From: a bacterium
GTDB lineage: Bacteria > Zhuqueibacterota > Zhuqueibacteria > Zhuqueibacterales > Zhuqueibacteraceae
Direction: 5' to 3'
Assembly: GCA_044869275.1 (NCBI GenBank)
Contig: JBIOXB010000213.1
Location: 1 to 64,000 of the forward strand
DNA length: 64,000 nucleotides
The position numbers and the translations under genes were made by a program. The notes beneath the pieces are model-generated. The model worked only from the letters and a program-made list of their open reading frames with translations. It ran no database searches and was not told the DNA's origin. Each line of letters begins with the position of its first letter. The first letter of the stretch is position 1. Below, in pieces: positions 47,346 through 56,916 of this stretch.

Positions 47346-49094
47346 CTACTTCTTCTTCCACCGCCGCAGCAGTACCAACGGCACGAGAAAGAAAACAATG
47401 TTGAGCGGAATTTCCACCGCGTATTTCGCAGAAGAATCCAACCCTTCGATGGCCATGGCGCTTTGGCCGCAGCAGCCGCCGCCATCGCCAGGATCGGGTT
47501 CACTGGTGATCTTGAAGGAATAAGTCGGGCTGAGGGTGCGGTTCCCGGAGTTGTCCACCGCGAGCACACTGTAGTTGATCGTGGTATTCAACGACTGGCC
47601 GGGAAGATTGGCGGAATAAGTATCGTTCGCGCCGGCGGCCATATTCAACGTGTCCGCCGCACCGCCGTTGAGTGAGTAAACCAAGCGCACCCGGCTGACG
47701 CCGCCGTCATCGACCACGGAGGTATTGACCGGATAGGGTCCGCTGGTATTGGGAGTGTTGCCCCAATCGGTGGTCATCGCAATGACGGGATTCGTGCCCA
47801 TGGCGCTGAAGACATTGAGCCGGCCGCCGCTCGTCATGCGGCCGATGAATTCCGATTTGCGATCAACCGAACCGAGCACGCGCACCAGCACTTGATGCGC
47901 CTGCAAGCCGGGATATCTCGCCCACACCAGCGCACATGCGCCGGCCACATGCGGCGTGGCCATGCTGGTGCCACTGAGAAATTGATAGCGGCTCAACGGC
48001 CTGGTGCTGTAAATGCTCGAGCCGGGCGCGGAGAGATCGACCGTGCGCCGGCCGTAATTCGAGAAGCTGGAAAGCTTGTCGTTGCGGTCATTGCTGGCCA
48101 CGGACACCACGTTGGGCACCTCATAATTCGAGGGATAATTCGGCGAGTTGTCGGTGTTCAAGCCGTCGTTGCCCGCGGCGGCAATGAACAGCACGCCGCG
48201 ATCGTGGGCGTATTGAATCGCGTCTTTCAAAACTTGCGAAGCGCCGCCGCCGCCCCAGCTGTTACTGAGAATTTTCGCGCCGTTGTCCGCGCCATAGATG
48301 ATCGCGCGCGCCGCGTCCGCGGTGGAGCCGGAGCCGTCGCTGCCCAAAAATTTCAGCGGCATCAACCTCACCTTCCAATTCACCCCCACCACGCCCTTGC
48401 CGTTGTTGCCCACCGCGCCGATCGTGCCGGAGCAATGCGTGCCATGATCCTGATCGTCATACGGGTCGTTATCGTTGTTGATGAAATCATAGCCACGATA
48501 ATCGTCTTTATAACCGTTGCCGTCGTCGTCAACGTTGTTGTTCTCTTTGCCGCCGCCGCTTTCGCCGGGGTTGCGCCAGATGTTGTCCTTGAGATCTTCG
48601 TGATCGTAATCGATGCCGGTGTCGATGACGCCGACGAGGACATTTTCACTGCCGGTAGTCAATTCCCACGCTTCCGGTGCATCGAGATCATTGTCACTTG
48701 CTTGATGCAGGCCATAAAGATCGCTGAAATATTGATCATTCGGAAAGACCGGTGGCGCCGCTGCCGTTTCCAAAGCGTACAGGCGGTAATTCGGCTCGGC
48801 ATATTCCACGTTGGGATCGGCCTTGCACCTGGCCAGGGCCTGGTCGAAATTTCCTCCGGCCGCGACTTTGGCGCTGACAAAGGGAATATTGGGGTACATC
48901 ACAACGCTCGTCATGCCGACGCTGCGGAGATAGTTGGCAGCATCTTGAACACCCGCCACTCCCGTTTTATATTTGATGACGATTTCGCCGGGCACGGTGA
49001 GCGGCTTGCCTTTAATTTTGACTTGCGCCGGCAGAGACGCGATCATTCCTGACAACAGTGCGCACAAGAAAAATAACCGGCTCGCGGTTTTCAT
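47346..49094 (-). CDS. S8 subtilisin-like serine protease with C-terminal membrane anchor/sorting tail
   Basis: Triad VIDTG, HGTHCSG, SGTSMATP; propeptide EYAEPNY; tail GGGCCG..hydrophobic..RRWKKK. Confidence 0.93.
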   Translation of the reverse strand: MKTASRLFFLCALLSGMIASLPAQVKIKGKPLTVPGEIVIKYKTGVAGVQDAANYLRSVGMTSVVMYPNIPFVSAKVAAGGNFDQALARCKADPNVEYAEPNYRLYALETAAAPPVFPNDQYFSDLYGLHQASDNDLDAPEAWELTTGSENVLVGVIDTGIDYDHEDLKDNIWRNPGESGGGKENNNVDDDGNGYKDDYRGYDFINNDNDPYDDQDHGTHCSGTIGAVGNNGKGVVGVNWKVRLMPLKFLGSDGSGSTADAARAIIYGADNGAKILSNSWGGGGASQVLKDAIQYAHDRGVLFIAAAGNDGLNTDNSPNYPSNYEVPNVVSVASNDRNDKLSSFSNYGRRTVDLSAPGSSIYSTRPLSRYQFLSGTSMATPHVAGACALVWARYPGLQAHQVLVRVLGSVDRKSEFIGRMTSGGRLNVFSAMGTNPVIAMTTDWGNTPNTSGPYPVNTSVVDDGGVSRVRLVYSLNGGAADTLNMAAGANDTYSANLPGQSLNTTINYSVLAVDNSGNRTLSPTYSFKITSEPDPGDGGGCCGQSAMAIEGLDSSAKYAVEIPLNIVFFLVPLVLLRRWKKK

Positions 49095-49218
49095 GAGAAG
49101 TTCTCCTGATGTTGTTGAAAATATACGGGTGTGTTACAGAATTTCGCTTCACGTTACACGTTACACCTTACACGCGTAAAGTGTAACGTGGAAGAAATCG
49201 AAATCACTCTGGCGTGAA

Positions 49219-50136
49219 TTACGTGATTGGATTGACCAGTTCCCCAAATCCGGTGATCGAAGTCACCATGGTATCACCGGGCTGCAATGGCCCGACGCCT
49301 TCGGGTGTGCCCGTAGCAATGAGATCTCCCGGTTGCAGCGTGCAGAAGCGTGAGATGAAGCTGATGAGCTCGGTGATGGGAAAAACCATATCGGCTGTCG
49401 AGCCTTGTTGTTTGATTTCCGCATTGAGTGTGAGCTTCACCTCCAAGGCTTGCGGGTCAGCCACGCAGCCGCGCGGAATTAAATAAGGGCCCACCGGACA
49501 AAAAGTATCAAAGTTTTTTGCGCGGAACCAGGGCAATCCCGCGGCGGTATCTTTTTTTTGCAGTTCGCGCGCGGTGACGTCGTTGAGTATGGTATAGCCC
49601 GCGACATAGTCGAGTGCTTCATTTGGCGCAATGTTTGCGCCGGCCTTGCCGAGCACCACGGCCAGCTCCGCTTCATAGTCGATTCGTCCGGCCTCACGCG
49701 GCAGCCGCACCGCCTCTTCGTGCGCGATCAAGGCGGATGGCGATTTGCCGAAAAAGATCGGCTCTTTCGGCAAGGGATTCTTCAGCTCAGCCGCATGGCC
49801 GCGGTAGTTCCGGCCGATGCAAAGGATCTTTTGCGGCCGCGCGAGGGGCAGTTGAAATTTCGGCTCTGCCGTTAAGATCAAATCCTGGAGCGAGCGAAAT
49901 TGTTTCAACGTGGCGAAGACTTCGTCAAAGGATTCGGCGTGAAACAAATCGAGCTCGACCATCACCTGCAAAAACACCAGATCCGGGGCCTTGTGATTAA
50001 GCTTGATTTGTTTGAAAAGCTCCCACGCGCGCGTGAAATTGTAGCGCTGGGCCGGAATTTCCGCCGGATTCTCACTCCATTCCACGCCGATTTGATGTTG
50101 CTGCTTCTGATTCAGGAAGGAAAATACGCGGGTCAA
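49219..50136 (-). CDS. Fumarylacetoacetate hydrolase family protein
   Basis: KILCIGRNY..HA.E; DYEAEL; NDVTARE; KNFDTF.P.GP; GDLIATGTP.GVG; start uncertain. Confidence 0.92.
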   Translation of the reverse strand: MTRVFSFLNQKQQHQIGVEWSENPAEIPAQRYNFTRAWELFKQIKLNHKAPDLVFLQVMVELDLFHAESFDEVFATLKQFRSLQDLILTAEPKFQLPLARPQKILCIGRNYRGHAAELKNPLPKEPIFFGKSPSALIAHEEAVRLPREAGRIDYEAELAVVLGKAGANIAPNEALDYVAGYTILNDVTARELQKKDTAAGLPWFRAKNFDTFCPVGPYLIPRGCVADPQALEVKLTLNAEIKQQGSTADMVFPITELISFISRFCTLQPGDLIATGTPEGVGPLQPGDTMVTSITGFGELVNPIT

Positions 50137-50355
50137 TGGAAATCCTTTCGTGAAACCGGTTTTTATTGCACGCGCAGATGTTAACAACTGCTGCGGCAAA
50201 AGGCAAGGGAAAAGTCAGGCGGAATTTGTCCAATCGTTGAGTGCCGCGGCCGCTGCTTTCTCCCACGCCACACACAAATATTTTTTTGACAGGATTTACA
50301 GGATTCGATTTTTTTACATCCTGTCAATCCTGCCAAAGAGCTGTTCCGAAGAAAA

Positions 50356-53300
50356 CTATCTCGCCACCATCATTTTCATGATCAACCGCTCCTTTCCCGC
50401 CACGAGTTCTGCGAAAAAGACGCCGCTCGCGGCGAGCCGGCCAGTTTGATCGCGGCCGTTCCAAGTCGTGCTGTGCCTTCCGGCGGTTTTAACGCCTTCT
50501 TCCAACACGGCAATGCGCCGGCCCTGCACATCGAAAACCGCCAAGGTCACGCGGTGCGACGCCGGTAATTCGTAATGTAACGTGGTCGCGAGATTATCCG
50601 CGAAAGCCGCGCTGCCGAAGGGATTGGGATAATTCTGTGCCAGGCGGAATGCGTGAGGGGTCGAGCCTTCCTCTGCCACCGCCACCGTGTTGCTCACGGT
50701 GAGGCGCACGGGCAGGGTGCGATTGCCGCCATTGCTCGTGACCTGCAGCTGCCCTTGATAGTTGCCCTCGCCCAAGCCCTGCGCATCAAAAGTGACCGTA
50801 ATGACTTGCGTGCTATTCGGCCCAAGCGTGCCGCTCGTGGGACTGACGGTCAACCGGCTCGGCGCATCCGTGACCGCGATCTGTCCTGAGGCCTGCCCTG
50901 TGGCGCCATTGTCGTCTGTCACAGTGAGTGTGAAAGTATAATTGCCTGCTTGCGCGTAGGCGTGTGACGTGTTCTGTTGGCTGCTCGAGGCATTGTCGCC
51001 GAAATTCCAAAGATACTGCGTGATCTGCCCGTCGGGATCGGAGGAGGCTGATCCGTCGAACGTGATGTTTGTATTGACTTGTGCTTGGGAGGTGGAAATC
51101 TGCGCCCGCGCCACCGGGGGTTGATTGGCACCGCCCAGCCTCGTCCCCGCTGCACGGATCAGAAACGCACCGTTGCTGAAGATAGTGTTGAGGTTCACGT
51201 AACGTTGATTGGCAAAATCGTAAAAATAGCTGCTGTTCTGCGTTTGCGCATCCGTGTCTGCGCCCGCGGGATAGGGAATGGCGCTGCTCGCACCGATCTG
51301 AATCGAGAATTGGCTGCCGTCGTTGAAGGTCAAAGGTGAATTGAGATTGACCAAAAACCAGCCGCCGCTGGGCGCGGTTTGAAAATTCAGCGCGCCGGAT
51401 ACGAGCGGGTTGCCATTGGCGTCGAAGACGCTGAGATTGATGGGATTGCTGAACGTATTTTCCGTGCGCATGTAAAACTCGAATGATTCCAGACGGAAGC
51501 CATAGCCGGAGAGATTGAATTCATTAAGCCAATAGAAATCGGTATTGCTGTTCGGCCCGAAGCCAATATAGTCATCCGCGAAATCATCGCCGTCATCCAG
51601 AATGATGTGGTCGACATGCGAGGCAGAGGCAGGAGGGATCATGTGTGATCGCATGGGTGCAGCCTGAGCCGCGCGCGCGGCAGCGGATGGCGTGGCCTGC
51701 TGCGCGGCGGCATGATCAAAATGAGGTATCTTGCCGGCGACGGCGCGATCCAATCCCGCCAAGTTTGCCACGAAACCCGGTGTGGAAGAATTGGACGGCC
51801 CGCTCGCCGTGATATTGAAGCCGAGATTCGCCGTGCCGGTGTTGCCCAAAGCGAATTGGGTGGAACGTGTCGCACCGGGCCGCAAGGCAATTGCAACTTC
51901 CGCCACCTCGACGTTCAGCACGGCGGCGCCGCCACCGGCGAGTTTGGTGCTATAAACACCGCGGCCATGTGTGCCCGCAACCACTACACCATCGGAGGGC
52001 CGTGCCACGATCATATCGACGACGGCATTGCCAATCGGCGTTGCGCCCTCTTGTATCCAAACGGTGTTCGCGCCATTCAATGTAGCGGTCGAAAAAATGC
52101 CCACACTCGTGGCGAGAAAATATACCTTGCCCGCAGGCGCCGGAACAATCGTGGCCCAACGCAGCGAGGGGCCGTCGTTGCCGCCGAGGTTGCCCTCGAC
52201 TTCGCTCCAACTGCCGCCGCCATTGGTGGAATAATACAAACTCGAGATGCCGTAGTTCGAAAACACTGCGAGAACTTCATTACCATCATTGGGATTCACC
52301 CCGAGGCAGGAAGGATATGAGCCGCCCGGCACATTTCCCGGCGTGATGGTGGTGCCGGAAGGATTGTTTTGCGCATTATCCACGCGCCGCAACACCGTGG
52401 TGGATTGATAATCGGTCGCGCCAAAAAACAATCTGTTCGCCGGTACTTTCGCAATCGCCAGCGTAGTGACCTGCGTGTTCGGCACGCCGGAATTATCCAG
52501 CGCCGACCAGTTGGTCGTGACCGGATCAAAATTCGCCACCGCCGGAATGGCGTCGAGATTGCTGTTGCGCCAGACGCTGTTCGCCACGGCCAAATACATC
52601 ACCCGGGGATCGTTCGGATCCAATTGATACGGCGCGATGAAGAGGAAATCCCCTTCGCCGTTCGGCGTGACCGGCTTGACCAGGCTTTGCACGAGCTGAT
52701 TACCGCTTCTCAAGTTGCGTATCACAAAGCCCTGCTGTGCAGATACATAAAAAGGAGAGCCACCCGCCACAATGTCCGTGTAAGCGCCGTCGCCGGAAAG
52801 CGGGCGCTCCCAGGGGGTGCTGTAATCGTTGGCCTCCGTAGCCACACTGCCATTGTCTTGCGTACCGCCGACGATGAAGTCGCTGCCGTTCTGCGGATCG
52901 AGAGCCACCGTGTAGAACTGCGTCGCGGCGTAGCCGTTGTTCAGCGACGTCCAGGTTTGTTGTTGCGCCAGCGCGTTCGGGGCTTTGGCAACGCCGCCGT
53001 CATTGCCGGAGATCATGGCATTGGGGTTATTCGGAAAGAATACGAGCGCGTGCTGGTCGGAGTGATGGTTCTCGAATTGTTCATAGGTATCCGGAGTGAG
53101 ATAGCCTCCCACCCGCGTGAAATTTTGACCACCGTCGGTCGAGCGATAAAGATTCGTTCCGCCGATCCACACCGTGTTGGCATTATCCGGTTTGACGGCC
53201 ACGATCTGATCGTAGCCGCCTTGCGTGCTGAAAGAAGCGTTGCCGGAAAGGCCTGGTTCGTCAGGCAGGCGGGAGGATAGATTCGTCCAGGTGTTGGTGC

Positions 53301-54411
53301 CGGCATGGTAGCGGAAGAATTGATGATCCGGGGCGGTCGCGCCGTTGCCGTTGGCCTGCACCAGCAGATAAAGCGTATTCGCGTCCGCAGGCGCAGCGCC
53401 GAGCACCATGCGATAGGGATCGCCAACCAGCTCATTGGGCGTGATGTCGGTCCACTGATCGCCGTTGTTGTTCGAGCGAAAAACGCCGTATTCCTGAAAG
53501 TTGCCGCCGTTGCGGCTTAGTGTCGCGTACACCGTGCCGTTCGCAGCAACGGCAACGTCGTTCGCCGTACTAAATGGGCCCTGATTGCGGCCCAACAACT
53601 GCACCCAATTGTTGCCGCCATCGGTGGAGCGCAAAATGGCGCCCAACGTGGCTGCGAAGATCGTGTTGGTTTGCCGGTTAATGGCGAGGCTCCAGACGAA
53701 ATCAAAAAAATTGTCGAACTGGGTCGTACTTTGCCCCACGGTTGCCGCGAGCTGCGACCAGGTATTGCCACCGTCGGTGGATTTGAAAATGCCCTGGCCC
53801 GGAATGCTGTTGGTGCCGGCTTGAGTCGAACCCATGAGCTCGCCGGTGCCGTAATACCAAACGCTGCGATTATTAGGATCCTGTACCAGGCATGTGGCGC
53901 TGGCATGCTGTGCCAGCGTGGTGGTCATGCGCCAGCTCGCGCCATCGTCTTCCGAGAGAAACATGCCGCCGGTTACGCCGCCGGCAAGGATGCGGCGATT
54001 GGTGCCGCCGTTGTAATTCAGATCGATGGCCAGCGCGCGCGTTCTGCCGCCGATATTGATGGGCCCGCGTTTCACCCAATCCGCTGTGAAAGTTTGCGCG
54101 CCACCTTTTTGCAAGCCCTCGCGTGTGGGCAATTGCGCGGCGAAGGCCAGTTCACGCACGCGTACGTCATTCGGAATCTGCCCCGTGCGCGGATCGCGCA
54201 AGCGCCGCATTTCATACTCATGCCGTGAGCGGGCATCTTCAGGATTCTTCGGCGAGAACGACGAGCGCACGTGTAGCTTGCCGCTCGTTTTCAACTGCGC
54301 GAGTGGCAAACGCTGCGGTTGCAATGAAAAATTCCGCCATGCCAAAAACATCCCGGCAGCCGCAGCTAACACAAAGCCAATAGTGATACCCTTTCTGGTC
54401 AACAATCGCAT
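50356..54411 (-). CDS. Large secreted BNR/Asp-box beta-propeller protein with PKD and FlgD-Ig/T9SS-type C-terminal domains
   Basis: GP.NIGGRTRA; repeated S.DGG..W; H.DQH; GGTQDNG; PKD FDGS.S.DPDG.I..Y.W.FGD; LAQNYPNPF.. Confidence 0.85.
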   Translation of the reverse strand: MRLLTRKGITIGFVLAAAAGMFLAWRNFSLQPQRLPLAQLKTSGKLHVRSSFSPKNPEDARSRHEYEMRRLRDPRTGQIPNDVRVRELAFAAQLPTREGLQKGGAQTFTADWVKRGPINIGGRTRALAIDLNYNGGTNRRILAGGVTGGMFLSEDDGASWRMTTTLAQHASATCLVQDPNNRSVWYYGTGELMGSTQAGTNSIPGQGIFKSTDGGNTWSQLAATVGQSTTQFDNFFDFVWSLAINRQTNTIFAATLGAILRSTDGGNNWVQLLGRNQGPFSTANDVAVAANGTVYATLSRNGGNFQEYGVFRSNNNGDQWTDITPNELVGDPYRMVLGAAPADANTLYLLVQANGNGATAPDHQFFRYHAGTNTWTNLSSRLPDEPGLSGNASFSTQGGYDQIVAVKPDNANTVWIGGTNLYRSTDGGQNFTRVGGYLTPDTYEQFENHHSDQHALVFFPNNPNAMISGNDGGVAKAPNALAQQQTWTSLNNGYAATQFYTVALDPQNGSDFIVGGTQDNGSVATEANDYSTPWERPLSGDGAYTDIVAGGSPFYVSAQQGFVIRNLRSGNQLVQSLVKPVTPNGEGDFLFIAPYQLDPNDPRVMYLAVANSVWRNSNLDAIPAVANFDPVTTNWSALDNSGVPNTQVTTLAIAKVPANRLFFGATDYQSTTVLRRVDNAQNNPSGTTITPGNVPGGSYPSCLGVNPNDGNEVLAVFSNYGISSLYYSTNGGGSWSEVEGNLGGNDGPSLRWATIVPAPAGKVYFLATSVGIFSTATLNGANTVWIQEGATPIGNAVVDMIVARPSDGVVVAGTHGRGVYSTKLAGGGAAVLNVEVAEVAIALRPGATRSTQFALGNTGTANLGFNITASGPSNSSTPGFVANLAGLDRAVAGKIPHFDHAAAQQATPSAAARAAQAAPMRSHMIPPASASHVDHIILDDGDDFADDYIGFGPNSNTDFYWLNEFNLSGYGFRLESFEFYMRTENTFSNPINLSVFDANGNPLVSGALNFQTAPSGGWFLVNLNSPLTFNDGSQFSIQIGASSAIPYPAGADTDAQTQNSSYFYDFANQRYVNLNTIFSNGAFLIRAAGTRLGGANQPPVARAQISTSQAQVNTNITFDGSASSDPDGQITQYLWNFGDNASSSQQNTSHAYAQAGNYTFTLTVTDDNGATGQASGQIAVTDAPSRLTVSPTSGTLGPNSTQVITVTFDAQGLGEGNYQGQLQVTSNGGNRTLPVRLTVSNTVAVAEEGSTPHAFRLAQNYPNPFGSAAFADNLATTLHYELPASHRVTLAVFDVQGRRIAVLEEGVKTAGRHSTTWNGRDQTGRLAASGVFFAELVAGKERLIMKMMVAR

Positions 54412-54733
54412 GAAACTTTCCTCCTAAGATCGGGGTGCGGGTTCGAGTGGAAGGGCCAGTTATCACAGCAAAAATCACGAAGATGCGAAATGATCGGATT
54501 TGTCGTGCGTGTAACATGCAAGAACCACGAAGTGTCTGCGTGAACGGACTTGGTTTTGCAGTGAAAACAGAAGAAAGCGAGTGAAATCAGTGCAAAGCGT
54601 ATGGCGCATGACACGGAGGGCTGGAAAGTTTTTCTATTGTGGCAAGATTCCCTTTGAACAAAGCTTCTGTCCGCAGTTCGCAGATGCACACAGATTCTGT
54701 AACAGAATTGCCTTGGTTCTGGTTTGAACAGAA

Positions 54734-55525
54734 CTACTCCTCCGGCCTCACCTTCATCGAGGCATTCAGCAAATTCTCCAACTCTTCTGCCGACAGATCA
54801 GGGATCAAGTTGCCCTCTTTGGCGAGCGAGATTCTGCCCGTCTCTTCCGAAACCACGATGATCACGGCGTCGGTTTCCTCGGCCAGGCCGAGCGCGGCGC
54901 GGTGGCGCGTGCCGTAGCGTTTGTCGAAACGGTCGTTTTCCGTCAAGGGCAGAATGGTTTTGGCAGCCACGATTTCTTCGTTTTCGATGACCGTCGCGCC
55001 GTCGTGCAAGGGTGATTTGGGACTGAAGAAGGAGAGCAACAGCGGGGCGGAGACTTGCGCTTGCAGCCGGATGCCGGTCTCGATGACGAACTTGAGGTTG
55101 TCATCGCGCGCGATCACGATCAATGCGCCGTGGCGCAGGCGCGACAATTCCTGCGCGGCTTTCACCACCTCGTCGATCATGCGCGAGCCGGTGACTTTGA
55201 CGAAGTAGCGAATGATCGGGCTTTGGCCGATGTACACCAGCACGCGCCTGAGCTCGGGATGAAAGATGACCACGAACGCGACCAGCCAGATGGTCTCGAG
55301 CTTGCCGAAGATCCAGCTCAGGCCGCGCATGTTGAACAATTGTGCGATGAAGGAAACCAGGAAGATCAGCACCAGACCCACGGCCATTTGCCCCGCGCGC
55401 GAGCCGCGCACGAACATGTAGAGCTGGTAGATCACGAAGCTGATCACGAGAATGTCGAGCACGTCAATCAGGGTGACCGGCACGAACAGGATGCGAAAGA
55501 GCTCGAATTTGCTGCTCATGGCCAT
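54734..55525 (-). CDS. cdaA: Diadenylate cyclase CdaA
   Basis: Three N-terminal TM helices; F.PELRR; PLHDGA; GTRHRAALG; VSEETG. Confidence 0.93.
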   Translation of the reverse strand: MAMSSKFELFRILFVPVTLIDVLDILVISFVIYQLYMFVRGSRAGQMAVGLVLIFLVSFIAQLFNMRGLSWIFGKLETIWLVAFVVIFHPELRRVLVYIGQSPIIRYFVKVTGSRMIDEVVKAAQELSRLRHGALIVIARDDNLKFVIETGIRLQAQVSAPLLLSFFSPKSPLHDGATVIENEEIVAAKTILPLTENDRFDKRYGTRHRAALGLAEETDAVIIVVSEETGRISLAKEGNLIPDLSAEELENLLNASMKVRPEE

Positions 55526-55607
55526 GCTTCAAGTTGCGGGTTGGCCACACTATTGTCACTTTTATCTGTCAGAGGGAATGACAAATCGAGGAAGGAAAAA
55601 GTTTTCC

Positions 55608-56837
55608 TCATGACTGGACTCCCAACATCGCCGGCTCCAGGCGGCCGGTAATCAAATCCGTGATCTGCGCCACGCGCCTGATCTTGGCGACATCGTGCAC
55701 GCGCACGATATGTGCGCCTTTCATAATGGCAGAAGCCGAAGCCGCGGCGGTGCCCTCGAAGCGTTGCTCCGGCGGCAGATTCAGCAGTTTTCCCACAAAT
55801 GCTTTGCGCGAAGGCCCGACCAGCAACGGACAACCCAAACCGCGCAATTCGGACAGACGGCGCAGAATCTCGTAGTTGTCCTTGAGACGCTTGCCAAAGC
55901 CAATGCCGGGATCGATGATGATCAACTCGCGCGCAATGCCGGCCTGCAAGGCAGCCTGTAATTGCGCCTGCAAATGCAGATAGACTTCATCCATCAAATT
56001 CTCATAAGCGGGATTTTGCTGCATGTCTTGCGGCGTGCCTTTGCTGTGCATGAGCACCAGCGGCGCCTTGTGGCGCGCCACGACTTCCGCCATTTTTGCA
56101 TCGAAGCGCAGGCCGCTGATGTCATTCACCATCGCAGCGCCCGCTTGCAACGCGGCTTCGGCCACACCGGCTTTGTAGGTGTCGATGCTGATGGGCACGT
56201 CGATCACGCTGCTCAGGGCTTGAATGATGGGCAGCACGCGCGCCATTTCCTCTTCGGCGGAAACAGGCTGCGCGCCTTCGCCATAAACGCCTTTAGGCCG
56301 CGTGGATTCGCCCCCGACGTCGATAATGTCTGCGCCGTCCTCGGCCATTTTGATGCCATGCGCCAGCGCCTGCTCTTGCGCCGTGTACTTGCCGCCGTCG
56401 AAAAAGGAATCCGGCGTGACGTTGAGAATGCCCATGATCATCGTGGGCCCGCCCAGAATCATTTTGCAGCGCGGCGAGTCGATGATGAACTCGTCGCGTT
56501 CCTGATGGTCCAAAAACACGCGCAGCTCTTGCGCGAAAGCAGCTTCAAAGCTGGAGAGAAAATGGCGGCTGCTCGCGAGCTCACGTAATTGCACAATGTC
56601 CGAAAACAAGTATGCCGTGCCGGGTCCGGCGAGCCAGCAGGGAATATGGCGCAGGGAAAAAGCGGAGAGCAGGGGTTTGGGCAAGTCTTCTTCACGGCAT
56701 ATGATTTTAATAACCCACGCATGGCGCCGGCAGCATGCGGTGAATTCTTCCAATTGCTGGCCGCGTTGCGCGTCGATTTCGGCCTGCATGTCGGCAGAAT
56801 GATCGAAAAATAAACGGCGAATGGAGTAGCGAGCCAT
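55608..56837 (-). CDS. folP: Dihydropteroate synthase with N-terminal extension
   Basis: MGILNVTPDSF.DGG; GGESTRP; SIDTYK; IDPGIGF; SRK.F; RVHDV. Confidence 0.95.
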   Translation of the reverse strand: MARYSIRRLFFDHSADMQAEIDAQRGQQLEEFTACCRRHAWVIKIICREEDLPKPLLSAFSLRHIPCWLAGPGTAYLFSDIVQLRELASSRHFLSSFEAAFAQELRVFLDHQERDEFIIDSPRCKMILGGPTMIMGILNVTPDSFFDGGKYTAQEQALAHGIKMAEDGADIIDVGGESTRPKGVYGEGAQPVSAEEEMARVLPIIQALSSVIDVPISIDTYKAGVAEAALQAGAAMVNDISGLRFDAKMAEVVARHKAPLVLMHSKGTPQDMQQNPAYENLMDEVYLHLQAQLQAALQAGIARELIIIDPGIGFGKRLKDNYEILRRLSELRGLGCPLLVGPSRKAFVGKLLNLPPEQRFEGTAAASASAIMKGAHIVRVHDVAKIRRVAQITDLITGRLEPAMLGVQS

Positions 56838-56916
56838 GGTTTTGGGAATCCAGTTTTACGCATTACGCTTTACGTATTACGTAATGCTTAACGCGTAATG
56901 CTTAATGATTGTCTAA

